Below, piece after piece: positions 39,692 to 48,107 of a stretch of DNA of 58,132 bases. The position numbers and the translations under genes are program-made. The notes under the pieces are model-generated. The model saw only the letters and a list, made by a program, of their open reading frames with translations. It was not told the DNA's origin and did not search any database. Location of the stretch: contig WJMG01000071.1 of NCBI GenBank assembly GCA_014728075.1, forward strand, positions 1 through 58,132. The letters are read 5' to 3'. The DNA is from Candidatus Omnitrophota bacterium. Lineage in GTDB: Bacteria > Omnitrophota > Gorgyraeia > Tantalellales > Tantalellaceae. Every line of letters starts with the position of its first letter. Position 1 is the first letter of the stretch.

Positions 39692-40312
39692 ATGAAAATT
39701 TTAGCAATAGGCGCGCATCCGGACGATATAGAGTACGGCTGCGGAGGGACGCTCCTTAAAATGAAAAAAGAACACGGTGCCGAAATAAGGTTTTTCGTCG
39801 CTTCGTGCGGTATCGTCGCCGGGAGCGCCGAGGTCAGGAAGAAAGAGCAGCAGGCGGCGGCCGACATACTGGGCGCCTCGCGGGTATACTGGGGCGGCCT
39901 TCCCGATACGGAAATAACACTGTGCAAGGACCTCGTAACACAGCTCGAGAAGATAATAGGGGAATACGGTCCCGATGTGATATTCGTTAACTATCCCGAT
40001 GATACTCATCAGGACCACAGGAACCTGGCAGAGGGTGTTATGGTCGCTACAAGGTACTGCAGGAAGGTGCTTTACTATGAGGATTATACTTCCAGGAAAT
40101 ACGAGCCTCACATCTTCGTGGACATAGGCGATGTCCTGGAGCAAAAAGTGGAGCTTTTGAAATGCCACAGGTCCCAGGTGGAAAGGGATTATCCTACGGA
40201 TCTCGATATAGTCGAAAGTGTCCACGCGGTCGCTAATTACCGGGGTTTCCAGGCAAAGGTCAAGTACGCGGAAAGTTTCCACGCGTTGAGATATCTTTTG
40301 GATAAAGTTTAA
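39692..40312 (+). CDS. PIG-L/LmbE family N-deacetylase
   Basis: AIGAHPDDIEYG, DTHQDH and HRSQ motifs. Confidence 0.93.
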   Translation: MKILAIGAHPDDIEYGCGGTLLKMKKEHGAEIRFFVASCGIVAGSAEVRKKEQQAAADILGASRVYWGGLPDTEITLCKDLVTQLEKIIGEYGPDVIFVNYPDDTHQDHRNLAEGVMVATRYCRKVLYYEDYTSRKYEPHIFVDIGDVLEQKVELLKCHRSQVERDYPTDLDIVESVHAVANYRGFQAKVKYAESFHALRYLLDKV

Positions 40313-40313
40313 A

Positions 40314-40511
40314 CCGGCTTCACCGGGAGGAAAAAGTTAAAAGTAAAAAGTTAAAAATATACGATTTTACTTTATGTTATGGAAAATCCAGGGGCGTGAA
40401 AACAAGAATTATAATATTGTCCCAAAAGACACATTACCTTTTTACTTTTGCCTTTTTACTTTTTACTTAAATAAGCGGAATTCATAGTTTAGTTTAAAAC
40501 AAGGAGTTTAC
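40314..40511 (+). repeat. About 200-bp direct repeat B, containing AAAAGTA element copy 4 and the RBS
   Basis: Near-identical to 39491-39691, offset by 823 bp. Confidence 0.92.
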
Positions 40512-41558
40512 ATGTCACAAAAAACAATTCCGCACTCCAGGCCGACGCTTGGCCAGGAAGAATTAAGAGCCGCCGCGAAGGTTATAGAATCAGGGCATAT
40601 CGCACAGGGCCCGAAAGTCAGCGAGTTCGAGGAAGCTCTGGCTGCTTTTCTGGGCGTTAAGGGCGCGGTCGTCACGAATTCCGGGTCGAGCGCCATGCAC
40701 CTGGCTTTAATGTCGCTCGGGCTTTCCGCCGGGGATGAGGTCGTTATGCCGTCTTTCGTCTGCACGGCCCCTCTCAACGCCGCCTACCAGGCGGGGCTCG
40801 GTCCGAGGGTATGCGATATAGAGGAGGAGAGTCTGAATGTATCCGCGGGTACTGTTTCAGAAGTCCTCGAGGATGCCGTCAAGGCCGCCGTTGTGCCTCA
40901 CATGTTCGGCAATGTCGCCGATGTGGAGGACATAGAGGACCTCGGCCTGACCGTTATAGAGGATTGCGCGCACGCTCTCGGGGCCCTTTACGGCGAAAAG
41001 AAAGCGGGGTCCTGCGGGAAGATGGGAATACTCTCGTTTTACGCCAATAAAATGATGGCCTGCGGCGAGGGCGGCGCGGTCGTGTCTGACGACGAGAACT
41101 TGCTCCGTTTCGTTTCGGACCGCAGGGATTACGACGAGAGAGGAGATTACCGCCCCAGGTACAATTACAAGATGACCGATATCCAGGCGGCGATAGGCCT
41201 TGAACAGCTGAAGAAACTTCCCGGGTTCGTCGAAAGGCGAAAAGAGATCGCTTCCCGGTACAGCGAAGCTTTCGCGGAGACCGGGGCCGTTCTGCCCGGT
41301 GTGGAGTTCGACCATGTTTACTACAGGTATGTTATTCTGGTTAAAAAGGACCTGGCGCAGGTCCTGAAAGAACTTGAGGTGAAAGGCGTGAAATGCGCCC
41401 GTCCCGTGCATTCGCCGCTCCACCGCGCCCTTGAGCTGAGGTCCGGTTTCCGAGTTACGGATAAGGTCTATTCCGGCGCCCTTTCCGTCCCGATATATCC
41501 TTCTTTGACCGATGAGGAGCAGGAGAAGGTCATCGAGGCGGTGATATCAAGCCTCTAG
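40512..41558 (+). CDS. DegT/DnrJ/EryC1/StrS PLP-dependent sugar aminotransferase
   Basis: NSGSSAMHLAL, IEDCAHALG, SFYANK (PLP lysine), GEGG and YNYKMTDIQAAIG motifs. Confidence 0.94.
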   Translation: MSQKTIPHSRPTLGQEELRAAAKVIESGHIAQGPKVSEFEEALAAFLGVKGAVVTNSGSSAMHLALMSLGLSAGDEVVMPSFVCTAPLNAAYQAGLGPRVCDIEEESLNVSAGTVSEVLEDAVKAAVVPHMFGNVADVEDIEDLGLTVIEDCAHALGALYGEKKAGSCGKMGILSFYANKMMACGEGGAVVSDDENLLRFVSDRRDYDERGDYRPRYNYKMTDIQAAIGLEQLKKLPGFVERRKEIASRYSEAFAETGAVLPGVEFDHVYYRYVILVKKDLAQVLKELEVKGVKCARPVHSPLHRALELRSGFRVTDKVYSGALSVPIYPSLTDEEQEKVIEAVISSL

Positions 41559-41600
41559 ACGATATTTTGTCAACAGACCACAGTCGACAGACCATGTATT

Positions 41601-41641
41601 TTTTACTTGCCCCCGCTGAAACCCGTCGCGGGAATGACAAC
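41601..41641 (-). repeat. REP-like unit (GTCATyCCCGC family)
   Basis: TTTTACTTGCCCCCGCTGAAACCCGTCGCGGGAATGACAAC. Its reverse complement resembles 50048-50083 and 8743-8776. Confidence 0.7.
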
Positions 41642-41705
41642 TTTTTACTGGTGCACTGGTGCTCTTGTGATCTGGTGTACCAATAAGTGGCCCGTGGCCT
41701 TAATC

Positions 41706-41996
41706 TCTGCGGTCCGCGGTTCGCGATACGCGGTGCTAAGCTCCTAGACCTAAACCTAGACCTTTCTTTTGGCCTCTGTTATAATAATAGGTCCAGAAGA
41801 CGGTGTATCAATCTCTTTTATTTATAGTTATTTATCGCTAAAATATGGGTATCTTTATATCGATCACCCATATTTAAATTGTAAATGTAATACTTGCAAA
41901 GGTTTGAATAAAGCGTCTGCGGAACGCGGTTCGCGATGCGCGGTGCGAAGTTACGGGACCTAAACCTGTACCTTTGCCTTTCCCTCTGTTATAATA
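41706..41996 (+). repeat. 81-bp imperfect direct repeat (41706-41786 and 41916-41996), each copy ending in an extended -10 box
   Basis: 66 of 81 positions identical at a 210-bp offset. Each copy has CGCGGTT/CGCGATA heptamers, ACCTAA hexamers and TGTTATAAT. Confidence 0.8.
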
Positions 41997-42042
41997 TTCA
42001 TTATAATATATTGGCTAAGTAAAATAAGGATTTCAGAGTATT

Positions 42043-42771
42043 ATGCAAAGCGACCTCAACGATATCCTCGACTGCAAGAATAGAAAACTCGACATTAACG
42101 GTAATTGCCTTGAGATGCTTGATACCTGCCGGGCGATGTGCTGTGGTATGTTCAATATAGATATCACCCCCGGGGAACGGATTTCCGGCAAATACGAATA
42201 TGAGGCTTTTTGCCTTATCAGTGGCAGGGTGTGCGAAGACGAAAGCTCCGCCTGTCCGAATCGCAAGTACAGGCTCAAAAAGAGGTCCGACGGTTATTGC
42301 GTCCACCTTGACGAAGACAGCCGCAAATGTTCTATATATGAAGACCGGCCTCAGGCATGCAGGGATTTCAACTGCAAAGGAGGATGGAAGATAGGATTTG
42401 ATTTTTCCGAAGCTGACAGAAAACTTGAGATGAAACTGGAAGAACTGAGCGATGACATGGTCTTTATGCTGAATCCCCTGATAGGGGTGAAGGGTGTTTT
42501 TTATTCAGAGGCCAGGCAAGAGGTGTCCTATCAGTTCAGACCTGTAAGGGGGTGTTTTGATACTATAGAAAAGGAAAAGATCCGGGAGGCGGGTCTGAAT
42601 TCTAAAGTCCTCGCCGATATTATCGGAAGTTTCGACGGTAACAGGACTTTGGGTGAGGTCTTTGGGGCTCTGTCCGATACGCAGGTTTCCAGGGAAGCTG
42701 TGGACAGGGTCGTGTGGAGTCTTTTGAAATGTTCTATAATAGTTTTCAAGCACCCCGGAGGTATGGCATGA
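42043..42771 (+). CDS. YkgJ/FliB-like Cys-cluster protein with a C-terminal PqqD/RRE-like winged helix
   Basis: CxxxxxxCRAMCC and CVHLD...CSIYEDRPQACRDFNC. The C-terminus FDGNRTLGEV...VDRVVWSLLKCSII resembles an RRE. Confidence 0.75.
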   Translation: MQSDLNDILDCKNRKLDINGNCLEMLDTCRAMCCGMFNIDITPGERISGKYEYEAFCLISGRVCEDESSACPNRKYRLKKRSDGYCVHLDEDSRKCSIYEDRPQACRDFNCKGGWKIGFDFSEADRKLEMKLEELSDDMVFMLNPLIGVKGVFYSEARQEVSYQFRPVRGCFDTIEKEKIREAGLNSKVLADIIGSFDGNRTLGEVFGALSDTQVSREAVDRVVWSLLKCSIIVFKHPGGMA

Positions 42772-43883
42772 AGCGCAGGATAGCTTTCCCCGAGCAGGTA
42801 GATATAGCTCTCACCGGTAAGTGCAATCTAAGGTGTAAGCACTGCAATACCACAGAGACCTGGGATGGCAGGGACGAGCTTTCTTTTGGAGAGGTGAAGG
42901 ACCTTCTCGATCAGCTGAAAGAACAGAAAATATTCCGTCTCGACCTTTTCGGAGGAGAACCTTTTTATCATCCCAGGTTCTTCAAGTACCTTGAACTTAT
43001 AAACAGGTACCCGATGAGGGTCACTATCCTTACCAACGGTACGCTTATAGACGAAGAAGCGGTAAGGCATCTCAAAAAACTCAGGTTTCTCGCCATAATC
43101 CAGATAAGTATAGACGGCTCGAAACCCGAAATTCACGATTGGCAGAGGGGCGAAGGCTCGTTTGAGAAAGCCATGAGGGGTGTAAGGCTCCTGTTGAGCA
43201 ACGGTGTGCCGGTTACAATAAAGGCGATCCTGAACTCCCATAACTACACCGATCTTGATAATATGGTTGAGCTTGCCAGGGGACTGGGGCTGCCCGGAAT
43301 GCATTTCGGAGATGCCGTGGAATGCGGTAAGGCCGCTGTTTATTCGGACCAGATGAGTTTTGAGTCAGAGGCGCACCGCAAGATCATGGAAAATGTTTTC
43401 GAGGTCAAGAAGAAGTATCCGGGGTTTGAGATCGGAGGTACTCTCGGCCAAAAAATAGATATGTTAAAAGACTTTTATAAGCAGGGCCCCGGGAGCGGGA
43501 CAAGAGGCGTTTTTTCGACCTGTCCGGCAGGGCACAGCACTTTGTCTATACGGTCTGACGGTAAGGTGGTGCCGTGTTCCGCTTTCTGGACATTGATATG
43601 CGGGGATGTCAGAAAGAGTTCACTGAAGGATATATGGGAGAATTCGGAAATGCTGAACAGGATAAGGGATCTTTCGGACGATAAGCTGGCACAGCATTGT
43701 TCGGATTGCGGTAAATGTGACTACATGAGCCATTGTAACGGCGGATGCAGGGCCGCGGCCTATTATATGTCAAATAATGACCTCCGGGGAATAGATCCTT
43801 CTACCTGTCTTGTTTTTTCGAATATGACAGGGACAAGGATCCCCCGGGAAAAAGTGCTTTCCGGGGAGAAGGGTAATAAATGA
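42768..43883 (+). CDS. scmE: Radical SAM/SPASM peptide maturase, SynChlorMet ScmE-like
   Basis: CNLRCKHC, GGEP and QISIDG. SPASM region CPAG...DGKVVPC...CGKCDYMSHCNGGC. Confidence 0.8.
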   Translation: MKRRIAFPEQVDIALTGKCNLRCKHCNTTETWDGRDELSFGEVKDLLDQLKEQKIFRLDLFGGEPFYHPRFFKYLELINRYPMRVTILTNGTLIDEEAVRHLKKLRFLAIIQISIDGSKPEIHDWQRGEGSFEKAMRGVRLLLSNGVPVTIKAILNSHNYTDLDNMVELARGLGLPGMHFGDAVECGKAAVYSDQMSFESEAHRKIMENVFEVKKKYPGFEIGGTLGQKIDMLKDFYKQGPGSGTRGVFSTCPAGHSTLSIRSDGKVVPCSAFWTLICGDVRKSSLKDIWENSEMLNRIRDLSDDKLAQHCSDCGKCDYMSHCNGGCRAAAYYMSNNDLRGIDPSTCLVFSNMTGTRIPREKVLSGEKGNK

Positions 43884-45010
43884 GTTTTTGTGACCGGTCT
43901 CAAAGAAGTGAAAACAGGACAGGAGACTTTCCCCTGGGAACGCTTTATGTAAACCCTACCCGATACTGTAATTTAAGGTGCCGTCACTGCTGGATAGCGC
44001 CTCCTGTAAGGGAAGAACTCGTTCCCGGTACTGAAGAGATGTCCATGGACGAAATAACAGCTATAGCGGAAGCGGCTAAAGAGGCGGGGCTGGGCAGCAT
44101 AAAACTTACGGGAGGAGAGCCTCTTTTAAGAAAAGATATAGGGGAGCTCTTGAGTTACTGCGTTTCCTCCGATATAAGTGTTTTTATGGAGACTAACGGC
44201 ACGCTTGTGTCTCGGGATGTCGCCCGCATGCTGGCTGATAACAATGTATCTCAGGTATCCGTAAGCCTGGACAGTATGTTCCCGGAAGTGCATGATCGGC
44301 TTCGAGGAAAGAAAGGCGCTTTTGAGAGATCCGTTTCGGGTATAAAGAACCTTATAGCTTCAGGAATACGACCGCAGGTCATCTTAAGCCTCTATAGGGA
44401 GAATCTGCGGGGGTTTGAGAGGTTCCTTGATTTTATGGAAGACCTGGGGGTTAACGATGTCAAGGTCAATATCATAACCCCGATGGGAAGGGGGCATGAC
44501 CTTCAGGAGAAAGGGATGGCCCCTGTTCTTGAAGAGGTCCTTGAGTTTTACCGACGGACGGAAAAAATGAGGAATAACTTTCGCGGTAACTGCGGGGTGG
44601 ATGTTCCTCCCGCTTTTCAGAAGGTGGAAGATATTAAGAAAAGGGGATGCCGTGTGTGCGGGATAAAGAGCATACTGGGCATACTCCCGAACGGTGATGT
44701 TTCTATATGCGGGGTAGGGTTTATGGAACGGGATATGATCATGGGTAATGTGAGAAAGGCTCCCGGGAAGATAAAGGATATCTGGAAGAACGACCCGATA
44801 GTCCGTTTTATAAGGGAGAAACTGCCTGAAGAGCTTGAAGGGGTTTGCGGCATCTGTGTATTCAGGAAAGTCTGCCTGGGGGGATGCAGGGCGGAGGTAT
44901 GGTACAACAATCATGACCTCAAGTCCCCGTTCTGGTTCTGTCAGAAAGCTTACGATAAGGGTCTGTTCCCTTCAACGAGACTTATGCCCGAGGAATTGAG
45001 AGTTCGATGA
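43880..45010 (+). CDS. scmF: Radical SAM/SPASM peptide maturase, SynChlorMet ScmF-like
   Basis: CNLRCRHCWIAP and KLTGGEP. SPASM region CRVCGIKSILG...ICGVG, CGICVFRKVCLGGC and PFWFCQKAYDKGLFPSTR. Confidence 0.87.
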   Translation: MSFCDRSQRSENRTGDFPLGTLYVNPTRYCNLRCRHCWIAPPVREELVPGTEEMSMDEITAIAEAAKEAGLGSIKLTGGEPLLRKDIGELLSYCVSSDISVFMETNGTLVSRDVARMLADNNVSQVSVSLDSMFPEVHDRLRGKKGAFERSVSGIKNLIASGIRPQVILSLYRENLRGFERFLDFMEDLGVNDVKVNIITPMGRGHDLQEKGMAPVLEEVLEFYRRTEKMRNNFRGNCGVDVPPAFQKVEDIKKRGCRVCGIKSILGILPNGDVSICGVGFMERDMIMGNVRKAPGKIKDIWKNDPIVRFIREKLPEELEGVCGICVFRKVCLGGCRAEVWYNNHDLKSPFWFCQKAYDKGLFPSTRLMPEELRVR

Positions 45011-45783
45011 AAAGTTTTGTTCTCGAAAATTTCGGAATAAGATGCGGGGTAAATCTTGTAAATTCCGACGAAGAGGTCCCTTTTAAAACTGCCGCGGCGT
45101 ACGGCTGTTCTGATGTTGATATATATGTTTACAGAAAGAACAGCGTGCTTCCTGATGAAATAAAAGAAAAATACCGCCGGCCGTTCTTTGAGGCTTTTGA
45201 TTACGGGGAAAAGAGCGCTTTTTGTCTCGCGGATAATTCAGTGCCGTTTGATTTTCTTCTGGGCTTTGAGTTCAATGAGTCTATCATGGCTTTTCAGAAT
45301 TCCCTGGACCTTGTATTCTTTCACGCGGCGTGCGTTGTAAAGGATGGCAGCGCCTTTCTTTTCGCCGCGCCGAGTGGCGGCGGAAAGAGCACTATAGCAT
45401 TGCTTGCCGAGAGGAACGGATTAGAGGTTCTGGACGACGATTCCTGTGTGATCAGGAAAGACAAGGGTGTGTATTTTGTTCAGTCTTTTCCGGTCGATGT
45501 TCTTGATCCTTCCGCGGAAAAGGGGTACAGGGTCGAAAAGGTATTTTTTCTCGAGAAGTCAGACAAGAACAACTTAAAGAGCATTTCGCGTCTGACAGCT
45601 CTTATGAGATCCATGTCCGAGGCAAACGATCTTTATCCGTGGCAATACCCCGTTTCTGAAAGAATGTCTGCCAGGAAAAGGATATTTTGCTTTTTGGATG
45701 AAATGCTCAAGACAGTACCTTTCAATGTCCTGGAATTCAGTATAGATGAGGGAATTTTTTCATGTTCAGGGATATTCTCTTAA
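45007..45783 (+). CDS. HPr-kinase-like P-loop protein (ScmC-like)
   Basis: FHAACV, APSGGGKST and VLDDD form the HprK-type catalytic core. Confidence 0.75.
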   Translation: MKSFVLENFGIRCGVNLVNSDEEVPFKTAAAYGCSDVDIYVYRKNSVLPDEIKEKYRRPFFEAFDYGEKSAFCLADNSVPFDFLLGFEFNESIMAFQNSLDLVFFHAACVVKDGSAFLFAAPSGGGKSTIALLAERNGLEVLDDDSCVIRKDKGVYFVQSFPVDVLDPSAEKGYRVEKVFFLEKSDKNNLKSISRLTALMRSMSEANDLYPWQYPVSERMSARKRIFCFLDEMLKTVPFNVLEFSIDEGIFSCSGIFS

Positions 45784-47498
45784 ATGTTAAATACCGGATA
45801 AATGACCTTAGGCCCCTCATGGGGGATGTAAAGGTCATATTCTTGTATTCTTCGCGTCTTTTGGCGAAATACAAAAAAGACCTGATGAAGATATCGTTGC
45901 TGAAAGGCCTGACTTTTCCGATAGGGATAGCCGGAATTTATATGACAAAGAATGTTCTGGATAAAGGTATCTTTGCCGGGGATTTCAGGGTTTTTCTCTT
46001 TCTTACGGTCCTTGTTCTTCTGGCCTACACTTTATTGCATGCTCTTTCCTATGTTGTGGAGAAATTCACCGCGAAAGTAAGAACGGCTTTTTCCGTAGAT
46101 GTAAACCGTGACCTGGCCCGGAGGCTTTTCGGGATGAATTATCTCGAGATAAGGAAGATGACATCTTCCGAGAACGCTTTCTTCCTGGGGTATGATTACG
46201 GGAATATCGAAGCTCTTATGTTCGGGGAGATCCCGTCGCTTATTTCAGTTCTGAAAATACCGGTTATTTTTGTTCTATCCGCGGTTATGAGCCTGCCGCT
46301 TACGCTTCTTGTTCTCCTGGCCGTTCCGTCGCTTGTGGTACACCTCTTATGGGCCGCAAAGCGCAGAGAGGTCTACAGGACCGAAGAGATCGAAAAGGTA
46401 AGGAGATACAATTCGTCCCTTCACGACCTCTTTCTTAACCTGAAACTCATTAAAAGCTCCGGAAAAGAGGACTGGGCCCTGTCCAGGGTAATGTCATTTT
46501 TCAGGGATAAGGTCAGGTTCTCGATGAAAACAGACCTTCTTTCCCGTAAAGCGCATTATATCGGCAGTGTTTTTATGCGCGTTAATACGTCTGTTTTCTG
46601 GATTTTCGGGGGGTATCTTATTATCAGGGGCAGTTTGACCTTCGGTTCTTTCAGCGCTGTTCTGATGTACATGGCGGTTCTCCTCGGGGAGATGGAGAAA
46701 GTAAGCAACGCGGTGCAGAGCCTTAACGAGGAAAAAGTATCTATCGCAAGATGTTCTTCTTTTATTAAAGAGATGTGTATTGCCGGAAAAGAGCGGCAAA
46801 AAGTGTTCGATGAAGGTATGTTTGAAAAGGGGCTGGAGTTCAGGGAAGTTTCTTTCGGCTATGAAGCGGGGAAACCCGTTCTTGAAGGTGTTTCTCTTTT
46901 TATCCCCCCGGCAGGCTGGTCCTTGATAAAAGGAGCTTCCGGCATAGGTAAGACGACGCTCTTAAGCCTTATTGTCAGGCTTTTTGAACCCTGGAAAGGC
47001 GAGATACTCGCGGGCGGAACAGATGTGGCACGAATAGATAAGGATGTTTTTTATAGAAATGTGTCTATCGTTCAGCAGGAGTCGTACATACTTAACGATA
47101 CCCTTGCCCGGAACATTTTTCTGGGAAACTCGTTTGACGACAGAGAGATGGAGAAGGTCCTGATGTGCGCGGGGTTAAGCGGGTTCGCGGAAGAACTTCC
47201 GGAAGGGTATGATACGATGCTTGAAGAGTCGGGAGCGGATCTTTCGGGCGGACAGCGGCAGCGTATATCAATAGCCAGGGCTTTAGCCGGAGGGCCTAAA
47301 GTCCTTGTGCTGGACGAAGCGACCTCTTTTGTGGATCCCGGAAAAGAAGAAGAGATCTTCGGTAAGATAAGGACAAGTTTTCCCGATATCCAGGTCATAT
47401 TCGTTACTCACAGGGAAACGGCCCGTAAGTACGCCGATCATGTTTTTGTTATGGAGAACGGCGCTGTTCTCAGCGAAAAAGAGAATGTTCAAATATAA
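45762..47498 (+). CDS. ABC exporter (TMD+NBD), no C39 peptidase domain
   Basis: N-terminal TM helices, GASGIGKTT, LSGGQRQR, VLDEAT and VTHR motifs. Confidence 0.93.
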   Translation: MFRDILLNVKYRINDLRPLMGDVKVIFLYSSRLLAKYKKDLMKISLLKGLTFPIGIAGIYMTKNVLDKGIFAGDFRVFLFLTVLVLLAYTLLHALSYVVEKFTAKVRTAFSVDVNRDLARRLFGMNYLEIRKMTSSENAFFLGYDYGNIEALMFGEIPSLISVLKIPVIFVLSAVMSLPLTLLVLLAVPSLVVHLLWAAKRREVYRTEEIEKVRRYNSSLHDLFLNLKLIKSSGKEDWALSRVMSFFRDKVRFSMKTDLLSRKAHYIGSVFMRVNTSVFWIFGGYLIIRGSLTFGSFSAVLMYMAVLLGEMEKVSNAVQSLNEEKVSIARCSSFIKEMCIAGKERQKVFDEGMFEKGLEFREVSFGYEAGKPVLEGVSLFIPPAGWSLIKGASGIGKTTLLSLIVRLFEPWKGEILAGGTDVARIDKDVFYRNVSIVQQESYILNDTLARNIFLGNSFDDREMEKVLMCAGLSGFAEELPEGYDTMLEESGADLSGGQRQRISIARALAGGPKVLVLDEATSFVDPGKEEEIFGKIRTSFPDIQVIFVTHRETARKYADHVFVMENGAVLSEKENVQI

Positions 47499-47509
47499 GG
47501 AGAGTTATT

Positions 47510-47782
47510 ATGGAAAGAAAATGTCCATTACGGAATCCGGATGTTGTTGTCAGAAAAGAGAAGGATGAGGCGCTGCTCTTCGATCCTTCCGACGGGAATA
47601 TGATGTGTATGAATTCAACCGGTATCTTTGTCTGGGATGAGTGCGACGGGAAGAGTTCCGCCGAAGAGATATCCCGGAAGATAGAGGAAGAGTTCGAGGT
47701 TTCTTCCGAAGTCGCGGAAAAGGATTGCCGGTCTTTTCTTGAAGAGCTGGAAAAGTCCGGATTTATAGGGTATGCTTTTTGA
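47510..47782 (+). CDS. PqqD family RiPP recognition element (ScmD-like)
   Basis: RNPDVVVRKE, ALLFDP, MNSTGIFVWDECDG and FLEELEKSGFI. Confidence 0.92.
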   Translation: MERKCPLRNPDVVVRKEKDEALLFDPSDGNMMCMNSTGIFVWDECDGKSSAEEISRKIEEEFEVSSEVAEKDCRSFLEELEKSGFIGYAF

Positions 47783-47795
47783 TCGGGAGGAAATT

Positions 47796-48092
47796 ATGGC
47801 TAAAAAGAAGAAAAAATACGAAGCGCCTATGGTATTCGATCTTGCAAACGTAGGCAGGGGCGCCCAGGCCCAGAGCTGCTCGTCTGGGCGTAATGCTAAC
47901 GCGTCATGTAAGGCCGGAAGAAGGGCGGGAAGTTTATGCAATGTAGGCTCTCAGGCCCTCTCCAGCTGTTCTAACGGCCCGGATCATGTGCCCGGAACCG
48001 ACTGTAAATCAGGCCCCAGCGCGTTGGGTAAGAAATGCTGGGGCGGAGGATACGCGGTAGGGCAGTGTAAAACGGGCGGACTGAAGGTATAG
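47796..48092 (+). CDS. RiPP precursor peptide (98 aa): YxxP leader plus seven CxxG repeats
   Basis: GGGAGG RBS. Leader KKKYEAPMVFDL. Cys at 28, 38, 48, 58, 70, 81 and 91, each in CxxG. Lies directly after PqqD. Confidence 0.88.
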   Translation: MAKKKKKYEAPMVFDLANVGRGAQAQSCSSGRNANASCKAGRRAGSLCNVGSQALSSCSNGPDHVPGTDCKSGPSALGKKCWGGGYAVGQCKTGGLKV

Positions 48093-48107
48093 TTGACGGC
48101 GGCTTAT

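Noticed and set aside
28426-40511. AAAAGTA elements as a CRISPR array
   Set aside because: Copies are separated by whole genes, there is no regular repeat-spacer period, and no cas genes are present.
38666-41558. Classical integron cassette array
   Set aside because: There is no integron integrase in the window, and I could not identify RYYYAAC/GTTRRRY attC ends. Only the cassette-like layout is retained as a finding.
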